From: Nitrospirota bacterium | GTDB taxonomy: Bacteria; Nitrospirota; Nitrospiria; Nitrospirales; NS-4 | NCBI GenBank assembly: GCA_963788195.1 | Contig: CAWBGA010000017.1 | Coordinates: 800,001-864,000 of the forward strand | Direction of reading: 5' to 3' | Length of the DNA: 64,000 nt | Part shown: positions 49,774 through 59,996 of the stretch, in pieces | Layout of the letters: each line of letters begins with the position of its first letter | Numbering within the stretch: the stretch's first letter is position 1 | Notes under the pieces: model-generated | What the model saw: only the letters and a program-made list of their open reading frames with translations | The model's database searches: none | What the model was told of the DNA's origin: nothing | Program-made: the position numbers and the translations under genes

Positions 49774-51119
49774 GTCGGCAAAACAGAAGCTGCTATCGAC
49801 GACAGTTCCGACCCTAGTTCTTGCATACCAGCGGCGACGAATCGACGACCACGGCAATTCCGACTTTTCAAGGGATAACCGATGGAATGCGTGCGAACCG
49901 ATCTAGCGAATACTCCAAGACAGCGCGTGGATGTCCTTATATCTCGAAGTGAGGCGACGAACATGTGCTCCATTGGGATCCATTGTGAAAACGGCACGGC
50001 CACATTTCCATAGGCAAGGGATAATTCCCTTTGGATTTCCGAGAGCCGTAAAGAGGATCACCTCTCCGGAAGGCCAAAGGAGGAAGCTCGGGATTCCACC
50101 CGCGAGCACGGTCGGGTCTTTCATTTCAAAGTCCCGTCGAAAGAGCGCCATATTAGGGAACCCAGCTGCATAGACGATGGTGTTTCCGTCTGGAGACCAC
50201 GCGAATTGGTCAAAGCCGGCCTGAGGCGGCATTTGGAATGACCTGATAAATCCATCGCGAATTCGTATCGATTGGAACCGTACGTCAGTGCCCTCGACCT
50301 GATAGGCAAGCTCCTCGCCAGACGGGGACCACACCGGAGGACTGAACATTGCGGCGTCTTCAGATATGCATTGCGTATTGAAGCCCTGCCTATCGGTAAC
50401 GCACAGTCGCTGTGGTCCTCCCGATTGGCCTGTCCCCCTCAGGTAGGCAATCCATTGGCCGTCTCGGGACCATGCAGGATAGCCCACGAACTGATTTCCA
50501 GATTCAATCAGGATCTTTCGTTGTCCGCTCACGACGTCCAGAAGTATCAGGCCTGACGGAGCATGATAAACAATCTCGTGACCAGTATAAGGACATGCAA
50601 GTTGGTCGGCGTACCCCTCGTCGGGAGTGAGATTCCTGGCGGATGCCCCTTCCAAGGCAGAGGTCCAAAGGTGCTGCGCCGAGCCTCGCTTTGAACCGAA
50701 AACGAGTGTCTTGCCGCTGTCCAACCAGCACGGAGGTGGCCATTCATAGACACCGCGAGAGATTTCGACGATAGATCGGGTGCTAAGGTCTAACGTGTAA
50801 AGGTTGACCACTTGCCCATCATCCGCAAGATAGGCGACTCGACCTCGTAGTCCATTCTTCAAGTCCAACCCCAAAATCAGCTCGCTCGCGCCCAGATAGA
50901 CGACAAGAACTAATATGAATGCGAGTACGAGCCGCCATGGTAGTTTTAGGCCTAGACCGATTTTCATTTCATTCGCTGCCTTTGCCGCACGATGATGTTC
51001 CTGACAGGCAAGAGACGCGACCCAGAAGATCGCACAAGGTGAAGCGGCGGCTTGCGCCGATAAGCTCGTAATTATTATACATTACGCATTGTAACTGTCA
51101 GGTCGGCAAAACAGAAGCT
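49774..51119. repeat. 18-bp direct repeat GTCGGCAAAACAGAAGCT (49774-49791, 51102-51119) flanking the TolB-like gene
   Basis: Exact match seen at both positions. Confidence 0.6.
49903..50967 (-). CDS. Membrane-anchored TolB-like (PD40) beta-propeller protein
   Basis: N-terminal TM; repeated PAWSRDG/PVWSPSG/AWSPDG motifs. Confidence 0.75.
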   Translation of the reverse strand: MKIGLGLKLPWRLVLAFILVLVVYLGASELILGLDLKNGLRGRVAYLADDGQVVNLYTLDLSTRSIVEISRGVYEWPPPCWLDSGKTLVFGSKRGSAQHLWTSALEGASARNLTPDEGYADQLACPYTGHEIVYHAPSGLILLDVVSGQRKILIESGNQFVGYPAWSRDGQWIAYLRGTGQSGGPQRLCVTDRQGFNTQCISEDAAMFSPPVWSPSGEELAYQVEGTDVRFQSIRIRDGFIRSFQMPPQAGFDQFAWSPDGNTIVYAAGFPNMALFRRDFEMKDPTVLAGGIPSFLLWPSGEVILFTALGNPKGIIPCLWKCGRAVFTMDPNGAHVRRLTSRYKDIHALSWSIR

Positions 51120-51259
51120 TGCCGGCAAATTTTCTCTCTTGGATCAGTGACGCCGACCGTAATTTCAGATCTCGATTTAACTGATCTGGGTTAGATCCGA
51201 TTCGTAGCCAGCATCCACTGATAGCAGTCAGAAAGCGGTACCGCCGGTGAAAAATGCCT

Positions 51260-52411
51260 TCATGTGAATTTCACTCCGACGCTTTCAGCGGTAAGATCCA
51301 ACTCCTTCAAAAGCTCAACAACTATTTTCCTGAGGAAAAGCCCAGTTTTCGCCGTGTACTCGAGAAACTCAAAAGTGTATTGCCACTCCTTCCTATCTGC
51401 CTTGCCCTCACGAATCATGCGGCAAAACTCCACCTCAAAACTGCTGTACCCCAAACGATGAACGTCCACGACTCCAATCAAAGGTATAAGCTGGTGGTTG
51501 GTCACAATGGCGCTGTATTCCTTCGCGCTTAGAAGCTTCCATGCGGTCACTTTCTGTTTGATTTCGGACTCCTCGAGGTCCCATGCATAAAGAGGAAACA
51601 GCAACCGGGCTACTCGCTCCGGCGCCCAAGATTGTCCATGCCACCAGCGCTGGAGGTCTTCTTCATTCGAGAAAATGTCGGTAAGAAGAATGCCCGCCGT
51701 GTCTTTGCGATTTGTCAGTTCACTGGTTCGCGGCGATTCAAAATCGTGCAGCTTTAGCCCGTTTTGCACCTGGTACAGAGAGTATCCGCATAAAATGAGC
51801 GGTATTCTTTTTTCTGCCGCCAAAGTTCGTGCGGTGTCGAGCATGAACTCGCCATCGCTGAAATCAAGCGTGGCGTAGCCACCACCTTCGTTTAAGTGAG
51901 TGAGGCAGTATCGAAAGAGCTTCTTGTAAAATCCTTTCTCCGGCCTCATAAAAATGTGATCGACCTGCAGCTTCCCAATCAATTCATACACATTGTCTTT
52001 GGCCACAGGACTCATGAAGCCGTTGTCAATCGTATAAGCCAGCATGCGCAGACGTGGAAACTCGGATCGAATCCGCTGAATCATGTAGGTGCTGTCTTTT
52101 CCGCCGCTAAACAGGCAAATCGCATCGTATTGAAATGCCCCTTTGCCCTGATATTGATGCAAAATCTCATTGAGCAAACTCTCTTGGGAACGCCTTTCAC
52201 TTGCCGGTTTCACCTGAACGGATGAATCGATCTTCCGGCAGAGCTCACACAGCCCGCTAGGATCCAAGAAGATCATCTTTTCAGATGCTGCGCAGGAGCG
52301 GCAACGCCTGGCGATGCGCCTCTTGACAAGCTTTCGATGAAGGGGCCAGATGTAATGCACGTAAAACTCAAAAAGACGTGCGGTTCGAATTGATTCAGCT
52401 TGCGTGTCCAA
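51260..52411 (-). CDS. PP-loop ATP-pyrophosphatase (N-acetyl sugar amidotransferase-like)
   Basis: CRSC...CELC, YDAICLFSGGKDSTY, AYTIDNGF. Confidence 0.7.
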   Translation of the reverse strand: MDTQAESIRTARLFEFYVHYIWPLHRKLVKRRIARRCRSCAASEKMIFLDPSGLCELCRKIDSSVQVKPASERRSQESLLNEILHQYQGKGAFQYDAICLFSGGKDSTYMIQRIRSEFPRLRMLAYTIDNGFMSPVAKDNVYELIGKLQVDHIFMRPEKGFYKKLFRYCLTHLNEGGGYATLDFSDGEFMLDTARTLAAEKRIPLILCGYSLYQVQNGLKLHDFESPRTSELTNRKDTAGILLTDIFSNEEDLQRWWHGQSWAPERVARLLFPLYAWDLEESEIKQKVTAWKLLSAKEYSAIVTNHQLIPLIGVVDVHRLGYSSFEVEFCRMIREGKADRKEWQYTFEFLEYTAKTGLFLRKIVVELLKELDLTAESVGVKFT

Positions 52412-52727
52412 TGCGTTGCTCCCTGTATATCGTAACAGTTATCATACGGGACTTCACTTAATCATTGTCGCTATCACATTTTAGACTCAATTTCTCTGAA
52501 GATTACGGTGCTGAAAATTCTTCGGAACATTCTTCACTTCTGCCGCCTCTAGAGTCGCGCAGTTTGAACTTCCACGTGGGTGCTTTGAGGGGCTTGGGAG
52601 CTGCGGTCAAGGAATGCTGGGTTTTGATTCCGAGGAGCTTAATCCGGTTGCAGATATTCGGGTCGAAGGTGAACCGCAGGCCTGTCTTACTGGACCGCCA
52701 CGGAGGACGCCGTCCTAGACCACAGAG

Positions 52728-53052
<325 letters not shown>

Positions 53053-53095
53053 ATCCCTGGTTGAAAATTGAGAATAAAGCGTACTGAGGCATTGG

Positions 53096-53527
53096 TCAAG
53101 GCAAAACGCTTTCGCGCTTTGCGGCTTGGCACGAGGACAGGCGTTTTCCGTTTACCGCGCCCACTTCACCGGTCGATGTCCGGAATGTCCCCTCCAGGCG
53201 CTTATTGTCGGTCAGCAACATGCTGTCTTCCTGGTAACCACCTGGAAACACCCAGCGAAAATAGACCGCATCGCCATAGATCCGGATCTCATTCGGCGAC
53301 GGACCCTCAACACCGGCAGACTCCGTCGAGGGTAAGACAATCTTTGACTTAGCCTCGCGATGATTTCGTGTATGGGAGTGTACCGTCCAACCCCATGTGC
53401 CGCAAAGCCGTGCAAGACCCGCTTCCAGCCGCTTGACCTCGGCATCCGCATCTAATTCGAGTGCGTGGGCCGGCCAAAGGAATAACACACCGCTGATTGC
53501 TATTGCCGTGAAGATGCTACGGTACAT
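53096..53527 (-). CDS. Exported hypothetical protein
   Basis: Signal peptide ending in AHA; small beta-rich domain with a Cys pair. Confidence 0.6.
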   Translation of the reverse strand: MYRSIFTAIAISGVLFLWPAHALELDADAEVKRLEAGLARLCGTWGWTVHSHTRNHREAKSKIVLPSTESAGVEGPSPNEIRIYGDAVYFRWVFPGGYQEDSMLLTDNKRLEGTFRTSTGEVGAVNGKRLSSCQAAKRESVLP

Positions 53528-53599
53528 ACTGTATTTTCGGTGATCAGACGCCAAAGTACAATGGACAGCTTTCGGATTTTTCGTGTATGCTTTATTACT

Positions 53600-53998
53600 T
53601 TGCTCAACGATACTTCTCCCTATAGCGGCAAATGTGACGGATGCGGCGCCTCGGGAGTCTCAATCATGAAACTCTCACTAGGACGGGACTTTTTCGGCCG
53701 GGTGTATGACCGTCTTTCGCCGAACGCCGATGCGAGCCCGAAGTGGTATTGCGATCCCTGCTCAGTTGAAAAAAATCTGCAACGGGACTTTCGGGACATC
53801 GAGCAGGAATTTCGCAAGCTCGACAAGGGTGACTCTTCGACACTGAGCCAGAACGAGCAAATGCAACGCGCAAGGCTTCGATTGAAGGAGATTGCGGCGC
53901 TGCTGTCAGGGGCGACCTTGACGCAACGATTGCTGAAATCTGATGAAGTATCAAATCTGACGCGTTTGATGGAGACCCCTCGGACGAACTCCAGCTGA
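53600..53998 (+). CDS. Hypothetical protein with a putative Zn-binding CxxC...CxxC
   Basis: CDGC...WYCDPC; co-oriented with the ferredoxins; start uncertain. Confidence 0.6.
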   Translation: MLNDTSPYSGKCDGCGASGVSIMKLSLGRDFFGRVYDRLSPNADASPKWYCDPCSVEKNLQRDFRDIEQEFRKLDKGDSSTLSQNEQMQRARLRLKEIAALLSGATLTQRLLKSDEVSNLTRLMETPRTNSS

Positions 53999-53999
53999 C

Positions 54000-54374
54000 A
54001 TGCCCGATTTTAGCCGTCACATCTTCATGTGCATCAATCAGCGCCCCAAGGGCGACCCCCGAGGGTCTTGCGCCGATAACGGCTCAGAGCGCCTTCAGGA
54101 GTTTATGAAAAAGGAAGTAGACCGGCTGGGGCTTAAAGGCATTGTTCGCGCCAACAAGGCGGGATGTCTCGATCATTGCGAATACGGTCCGAGTATCGTC
54201 GTCTACCCTGAAGGCGTCTGGTACTGGGCCGGAACGGAGGCCGACATTACTGAGATCCTGGTCGACCATATCATCGCCGGAAAAATCGTGGACCGCTTGC
54301 TCATGCCTGGCCATAGACCGCCGCCAAGAGATTTGATTCCTCTCTCTGTCCCCGCTGTTAAGGTGAAGACATGA
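54000..54374 (+). CDS. Thioredoxin-like [2Fe-2S] ferredoxin
   Basis: HIFMCINQR...SC...ANKAGCLDHCEYGPSIVVYPEGVWY. Confidence 0.9.
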   Translation: MPDFSRHIFMCINQRPKGDPRGSCADNGSERLQEFMKKEVDRLGLKGIVRANKAGCLDHCEYGPSIVVYPEGVWYWAGTEADITEILVDHIIAGKIVDRLLMPGHRPPPRDLIPLSVPAVKVKT

Positions 54375-54679
54375 CCGTTCCCGCCAAGGATATATTCGAG
54401 CTTTTTTCTCAGGCTCTGTTTGAAGGAGTCACGCCCATGATGGTGCAGAGAGACCACCTCGTCCGTCACCCTGACCGCTGTACCCATAATGCGGTTTGCA
54501 TTCCAGTTTGCCCGACCGGGGCGTGGCTTTCGACCCCTCCTTTTAAGTTTGACTCTTCCCGGTGTCTCGAAACCTGCCGTTTGTGTCTGGACGCTTGCCC
54601 CTCCCAGGCGATCTATGCCGTCTTCCGTAAAGGCTCAAAGGTGCTCGAACCTCAGAAAAACGGGTCGGAAGAGAAATAG
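54371..54679 (+). CDS. Dicluster Fe-S ferredoxin-like protein
   Basis: CTHNAVCIPVCP and CLETCRLCLDACP. Confidence 0.8.
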   Translation: MTVPAKDIFELFSQALFEGVTPMMVQRDHLVRHPDRCTHNAVCIPVCPTGAWLSTPPFKFDSSRCLETCRLCLDACPSQAIYAVFRKGSKVLEPQKNGSEEK

Positions 54680-54775
54680 GTGCAAGAAGATCTACGATGA
54701 CGTCCTCAGACGACTCGGCTGGCGTCCAGCCTAAGCAGTGAAGAGGGTCCTTTGCCCCAAGTTAGCCGCAGGCGC

Positions 54776-55792
54776 CTAGCAGGCGACCCGCTTCCTTAAG
54801 CGACCGTAATGCGCCGTCAACAACAGCTTCGACCCGAACGCCGCCGCCGAGACGGCTATCTCGCGGTAGACCTCGCTCCGCGTCATTTTGATGGTGGTAT
54901 GGGGATCCAGCACACCTGCGGACATGCTGATCCTTGCCAGCGTCTTCATCGCGAAGAAAATAGGCCACATACAGGCAAGACGAAGCCTCCACTCCCGGCG
55001 CGGGATGGCCATCGTGTACAGCCAACCCTGATCCAGATGGTCGAGCGCGACACGAAGCAACTGACTCAAGACCGGCTTAAATCGTTGCAGAACATCCGGT
55101 TTAAGAAGATCCACGGGCTTCAGCCCTACTCCCGCCAACAGCTCTTCCGGTATATAACAACGGCCGCGGCGAAGGTCCCTGGGGATATCCCGCAGCACAT
55201 TGGCAAACTGTAGACCTTTGCCGAACTGAATCCCGACCTTCGACATGCCCTCGGAATTCCAATCTCTAAATGCCGGCCGGTGTGCGCAGATCATCTGAGT
55301 CCAGAAATCTCCCACGCACCCGGCCACTGAGTAGGTATAGGCGTCAAGATCGTTCAGCGCTGGCAATGCGGTGATCCTCTGCTCATTCTCTCCAGGAAAT
55401 AGCTCCAGATCGCGCACCATTCCGCAAGTTAATGTATCGAGCACTTGACGAATCCGACGCTGGTCTTCACCGCTGAAAGTATCAAAAACATGCCGGCAGC
55501 CATCCAGGCGCTCGAGAAGCGCTCGCTCGGCGGATTGGGGACCGAGGGGAGAAAGGCTCTCTTGAAGATCCGCAAGGACCGAGGCGTTTTTATCAGGATC
55601 TTGTACCCACTGGCGAAAGCGTTCGAGATGGTGCAGACGGTTCACGCGGGGGATAAGGGAGCTATCCGAAACAGTGTCGGCCGCTCGAGCATAGAGATAG
55701 GCCAGAGCTATTTGCGGTCTTAAATTGCGAGGAAGAACGGCCAACGTCAGGTAGAACGACCGGGAAACTGACTTCAGTAAAGCGTAGAGCAT
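54776..55792 (-). CDS. Squalene/phytoene synthase family protein
   Basis: SRSFYLTL, RAADTVSD, YSVAGCVG, GKGLQFANVLRD...GRCYIP. Confidence 0.88.
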   Translation of the reverse strand: MLYALLKSVSRSFYLTLAVLPRNLRPQIALAYLYARAADTVSDSSLIPRVNRLHHLERFRQWVQDPDKNASVLADLQESLSPLGPQSAERALLERLDGCRHVFDTFSGEDQRRIRQVLDTLTCGMVRDLELFPGENEQRITALPALNDLDAYTYSVAGCVGDFWTQMICAHRPAFRDWNSEGMSKVGIQFGKGLQFANVLRDIPRDLRRGRCYIPEELLAGVGLKPVDLLKPDVLQRFKPVLSQLLRVALDHLDQGWLYTMAIPRREWRLRLACMWPIFFAMKTLARISMSAGVLDPHTTIKMTRSEVYREIAVSAAAFGSKLLLTAHYGRLRKRVAC

Positions 55793-55950
55793 CTTGAAAG
55801 GTGTATTCCTCTTTCTCCGGAAGGGTCAAGCCTCTCCCATGTATCCACTTGACTCCGGCTCATTCGATGTTAACATTAAGATACTGTGGCTGGGAGAGGT
55901 GTGTCGGCGTGGCCCCTTCATCCCGCCGCCTTTAGGGAGGAAGACCCAAG

Positions 55951-56844
55951 ATGTTAAAGAAGTTTAAAGGGATCGGGTTGCTAATCATTGCCAACCTATT
56001 GATCTCTATCACTTTGTATATCGTGTTCCTTGTGCTGACAACCGTGGTGTTGCCGGCATTTGGAGTCGATCTGCAAGGTTCTGTGAATGCCTCGATCATG
56101 GTCTATGCCCTGGTCCTCGGCTTCGGCGGGGCGTTCATTTCTCTGTTGTTCTCGAAGCAGATGGCCCGGGCCATGCTGAATTGCGTCCAAATTACGCAAC
56201 CCACGACGCGGCAAGAGCAGCTGGTATTCCGTACCGTCCAGGAACTTGCCCAGCGGTTGCACATCCAAATGCCGGAAGTCTGGATTTATGAAGCGCCTGA
56301 TCCGAATGCGTTTGCAACGGGACCTTCAAAGAACAACGCGATGGTGGCCGTTTCAACCGGTCTTTTGGGCAGCATGAATGAGGAGCAGGTGCGATCGATC
56401 CTCGCGCATGAAATGGGCCATGTGTGGAACGGCGATATGTTCACCATCACGGTCCTCATGGGGCTCATGAACACCTTTGTCTACTTCGCCGCGCTCTGGG
56501 TGCGTCGGCTCTTCGAAGCACGGGACCAGGCGGGTCTCGGGTTCGTCGTTTCGATCGTCCTTCAAATCGCCCTCGGCATCCTGGCGATGATCGTCATTAA
56601 CTGGTATTCGCGCAGGCGTGAATTCGAAGCGGACCGGTTCTCCGCAAAGGCGTATGGTCCGTCTCCAATGATCTCTGCGTTGCAGAGTATCAGTCGCTTT
56701 GCGGAAGAGGCCGAGAAGCAAAATGCCTTTACTGATCCGCTTGCGACCATGAAGATCAACGGCAACACAGGAGGGTGGATGCGCGTGTTTGCCACGCATC
56801 CGCCGATTGAAGAGCGAATCGCCGCTTTGCAGCGCTTCGCGTAA
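55951..56844 (+). CDS. htpX: Protease HtpX
   Basis: PNAFATG, VAVSTGLL, AHEMGH, SRRREFEAD, THPPIEERI. Confidence 0.95.
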   Translation: MLKKFKGIGLLIIANLLISITLYIVFLVLTTVVLPAFGVDLQGSVNASIMVYALVLGFGGAFISLLFSKQMARAMLNCVQITQPTTRQEQLVFRTVQELAQRLHIQMPEVWIYEAPDPNAFATGPSKNNAMVAVSTGLLGSMNEEQVRSILAHEMGHVWNGDMFTITVLMGLMNTFVYFAALWVRRLFEARDQAGLGFVVSIVLQIALGILAMIVINWYSRRREFEADRFSAKAYGPSPMISALQSISRFAEEAEKQNAFTDPLATMKINGNTGGWMRVFATHPPIEERIAALQRFA

Positions 56845-56858
56845 GATCGTTATTCTTA

Positions 56859-56893
56859 AGGGGGACAGATTTAAATCTGTCCCCCTCTTTTTT
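56859..56893 (+). terminator. Perfect 28-bp palindrome followed by a T-tract after htpX
   Basis: AGGGGGACAGATTT|AAATCTGTCCCCCT-CTTTTTT. Confidence 0.7.
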
Positions 56894-57812
56894 GATAAGG
56901 ATCTGTCCCTTTGTTTTTAATTTCTCGCCTTGGAGCTCCTTCCTGAACCTTTATCGTTTTCGCCATTGGCCTTTGCCCGGCATTGAAGTGGTCGGTGGCA
57001 AGGCACTCGCCTTGATGCGGCTGTTCCAAGGTGGATACCCCGTCCCCGACGGTTTCGTCCTTGCCACCTCGTTTTTTAAACCATGGCTCACCCAGTTGGA
57101 AGAGACTCGCGCCTGGAAGGAATTCCTGTTTGGTGAACCGCAAAATCTTTCCGATGTCTGCGTGAAGCTGCAAGGCATCATTGCCGATTGTCGCTTGAGC
57201 GGGGCGCAGCAGGAACTTTTGACGCAGGAACTGAATCATTGGCAGAACGACTGTTTGTTTGCAATCCGCTCGTCATCTCCGGAAGAAGACCTGGAGAACG
57301 CGTCTTTCGCCGGCGCCTATAAAACTGTCCTCGGGGTCAAGGCCGGTGATGTTCAGTCGATTCTTCCCGCCGTTGTGGCGTCAAGTCTGGATTACCGAAT
57401 CGTACTGTACAAACGCAACCGCGGGATGAATATCACATCGCCGCGACTGGCGGTGATCATTCAAAAGCAGATCCCGAGCGAAGTGTCGGGGATCGGGTTT
57501 TCTGTAAACCCGGTGAACTCAGACACGAGGCAGATGATCATCGAGTCGACTCGGGGACTTGGCACAGCCATCGTCGAGGGCCGTATCACGCCGGATCATT
57601 TCGTCATAGATAAGGCAACAAGGAGCATTCTTGAGAGCCGATCCCCTAACGGCACTCTGACGGAGGACCGGCTCCAAGCGCTTGTGTCGCTGATTCTCAA
57701 GATAGAGGCCGAAGCCCGGAAACCCATTGACATCGAATGGGCGATGAAGGACGGAGAGATCTTCGTCCTCCAGGCCCGGCCCGTCACGGGGTTAGCAACA
57801 AATGCCAAGTAG
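56892..57812 (+). CDS. Stand-alone PEP/pyruvate-binding (PPDK_N, ATP-grasp) domain protein
   Basis: VGGKA, VPDGF, AIRSSSPEED...SFAG, DIEWA, LQARPVT; start uncertain. Confidence 0.8.
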   Translation: MIRICPFVFNFSPWSSFLNLYRFRHWPLPGIEVVGGKALALMRLFQGGYPVPDGFVLATSFFKPWLTQLEETRAWKEFLFGEPQNLSDVCVKLQGIIADCRLSGAQQELLTQELNHWQNDCLFAIRSSSPEEDLENASFAGAYKTVLGVKAGDVQSILPAVVASSLDYRIVLYKRNRGMNITSPRLAVIIQKQIPSEVSGIGFSVNPVNSDTRQMIIESTRGLGTAIVEGRITPDHFVIDKATRSILESRSPNGTLTEDRLQALVSLILKIEAEARKPIDIEWAMKDGEIFVLQARPVTGLATNAK

Positions 57813-57878
57813 AATATTTACTTAATTGACCCGGAGAAGGTATAATTGCGATCTGATTACTGCCCACTGGAGGTTCCT

Positions 57879-58934
57879 ATGCGCCGGATTGCTGTTCTGC
57901 TTTGCCTCGTTGTTTTGATTCCATCCTCGGCTTTGTCCGATAGCGGCGGTCACGGACACCATGCGACCGAAGCTTCAACCAAGGAAGCGACGAAAGTCAC
58001 CCTCGACCAGGACGCCTTGACCCTGACATTCGGCCCGATTGATTTGCCGGCTGGTCATAGCGGCGAACTCGCATCCAGTTTGCCGATCCATTTCTTCAAA
58101 GCGCCGAAGGATATGGTGGTGACAGGCTATCGCTCGAGGATCTTCACAAAAGATGGAAGGGAGCTTCCCGGCCAGTACCTCCATCACATTTTGCTACAAA
58201 ATCTTGAAGAGAAGAGCCTGTCGTGTCCCGGTGAGCCGACATATTTCGCGGGTGCCGGCATTGAGATCACCGATGCGAAATTTCCCGCCGGTTATGGGGT
58301 GCCGATCAAAAAAGGCAGCAAGCTGGTCGCCGTCATTGCGTTTTACCACAAGGTTCCGCCCACGAAGGACGCCATTGCGACGTTCACCATGGACCTTGCC
58401 CCTGAGGGCGCCGAGGTCAAGCCAGTTAAGGCCTACACCGTCGGCGTCAATGTGGTCTGCTACAGCCAATTCAGCAAACGGCCTTCGAATCAAACCGACG
58501 AGGGCATCGAGCTCAAGGTAGGGCTGGTGCAGGTGGATTCCAAGCCTCTAAAATTCACTGTTGACGGGTGCGTGAAGTACGCATATCCCCATGGCCACGA
58601 CGGGTTGCTTCTTATCGCCCTCGACAATAAGACGACGAATGAGACCCTTCTGCGGAGCGTTCCAGACGTGGATTCCAATGGAAACCTCCGCGGGTTTCTC
58701 CCGCACCAGGTCTACAGCGATACTCGAGGTTTTTCCGTGAACACCAAAGATGAGTACGAAATGACCATGGTCTACCATCTGAACCGGCAGGAAAGCGTGG
58801 ACCTTCACGGCATGGGGAATTATCTACTGTATGTAATGCCGGGAGCCTGCGAACATGTCTCGGCTGGGACACAGGGAAACGGATCAGCCAGCGCTTTTGG
58901 GGGTCAGAACACCGACCAACGCAGCATCGACTAA
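57879..58934 (+). CDS. Exported His-rich protein, putative copper type II monooxygenase-like
   Basis: Signal peptide, YLHH, FYH, YPHGH, HGMG; GGAGG SD; TATAAT at 57841. Confidence 0.55.
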   Translation: MRRIAVLLCLVVLIPSSALSDSGGHGHHATEASTKEATKVTLDQDALTLTFGPIDLPAGHSGELASSLPIHFFKAPKDMVVTGYRSRIFTKDGRELPGQYLHHILLQNLEEKSLSCPGEPTYFAGAGIEITDAKFPAGYGVPIKKGSKLVAVIAFYHKVPPTKDAIATFTMDLAPEGAEVKPVKAYTVGVNVVCYSQFSKRPSNQTDEGIELKVGLVQVDSKPLKFTVDGCVKYAYPHGHDGLLLIALDNKTTNETLLRSVPDVDSNGNLRGFLPHQVYSDTRGFSVNTKDEYEMTMVYHLNRQESVDLHGMGNYLLYVMPGACEHVSAGTQGNGSASAFGGQNTDQRSID

Positions 58935-58953
58935 GCCTTTCGGCGAATCCTAA

Positions 58954-59907
58954 CTACGGCAGCACAGTGACGTTGACGTATGCGGGGAAGCTCTCTGCCT
59001 CTTCTTTGTCCTTCACGATTAGGCGAAACCGCAACACCTGTGGGCGCATAACCAGCGGCGCGATAAAGTACGGACGCAGGCTCAGTGGTTCGACAAGGTC
59101 GATGGGCATGCCTTTGACCTGCGACCAATAGTAATAGGGATTCTCTCCTTCGGGGTCCGCGCTCCCAATGGCATCCAGCCTCACCCGTGTGCCCTGCTTA
59201 ACGCTCTGATCGGGGCCCGCGTCGGCCACAGGCGGACGGTTGTCGGGGTTCCTGACTTCCACGACCACGCGAATCCTGTCGGCCTTGTCTTGATTCCTGG
59301 CCGTGATTTCTGCGGTTCCTTCGCCTACCGCCTGAGCGCGTCCATCGGAGTTCACTCGAACAACGGATTCATTGCTGGACTGATAGATCGTGCCTGTGGC
59401 GGACGATGTGAGATCGCGGACAATGCGATCCGCATAGACACCGCGGACCGAAAGCATCTGCACTTCTCCGATCGTGTTGGTAAATCGGAGCGGCGACTGC
59501 GCCCGAAGAACAGTCAGCGGCGCCTCCGGCGTCACATTGATGCCGGTCTCATCAAAAAGAACATAAAATCCACGCCGTTCCCTAATACGAGAAATGGCGA
59601 GAAGCCGATGAGGTCCCACCCCTTCCTGCGGCACCACCATTTCCGCTTCGAAAGGCGCGCTCTCCACGAGAGTTGAAGGCGGCGGTTCCACTTTGTCTTC
59701 GAGCGCGCGGTCTTCCTCGAGAAGGACATAGGTCACTTGGGAAACAGGCATGCCCTGCAAAGTGTCGACTTTCATCTTCAGCAAGGCGCCCGGGCGGACC
59801 ACGGCGCCTTTCTCCGGGGCGGTGATTTGGATGCCAGCCAATTCACCGAAGGCCGCGGGTATGACCAGGACTTGGAGAAGAAGCGCCCACAACCATCTGG
59901 ATTGCAT
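58954..59907 (-). CDS. Exported Ig-like (Big_2) + PKD domain protein
   Basis: YQSSNESVVRV...GEGTAEITA; NRPPVADAGPDQ...LDAIGSADPEG...WSQ. Confidence 0.75.
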   Translation of the reverse strand: MQSRWLWALLLQVLVIPAAFGELAGIQITAPEKGAVVRPGALLKMKVDTLQGMPVSQVTYVLLEEDRALEDKVEPPPSTLVESAPFEAEMVVPQEGVGPHRLLAISRIRERRGFYVLFDETGINVTPEAPLTVLRAQSPLRFTNTIGEVQMLSVRGVYADRIVRDLTSSATGTIYQSSNESVVRVNSDGRAQAVGEGTAEITARNQDKADRIRVVVEVRNPDNRPPVADAGPDQSVKQGTRVRLDAIGSADPEGENPYYYWSQVKGMPIDLVEPLSLRPYFIAPLVMRPQVLRFRLIVKDKEEAESFPAYVNVTVLP

Positions 59908-59996
59908 AAAACAGCTCCTCGGCAATAATCCTTTACGTGAATGCGAGGGTATTCTAGCATAGGGCTTTGTGAAGCAACCATTACCGGAGAAGACAT

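Noticed and set aside
49774..49791. Sigma54 promoter reading of GGCAAAACAGAAGC
   Set aside because: Poor -12 element (AAGC) and no credible plus-strand gene downstream of either copy.
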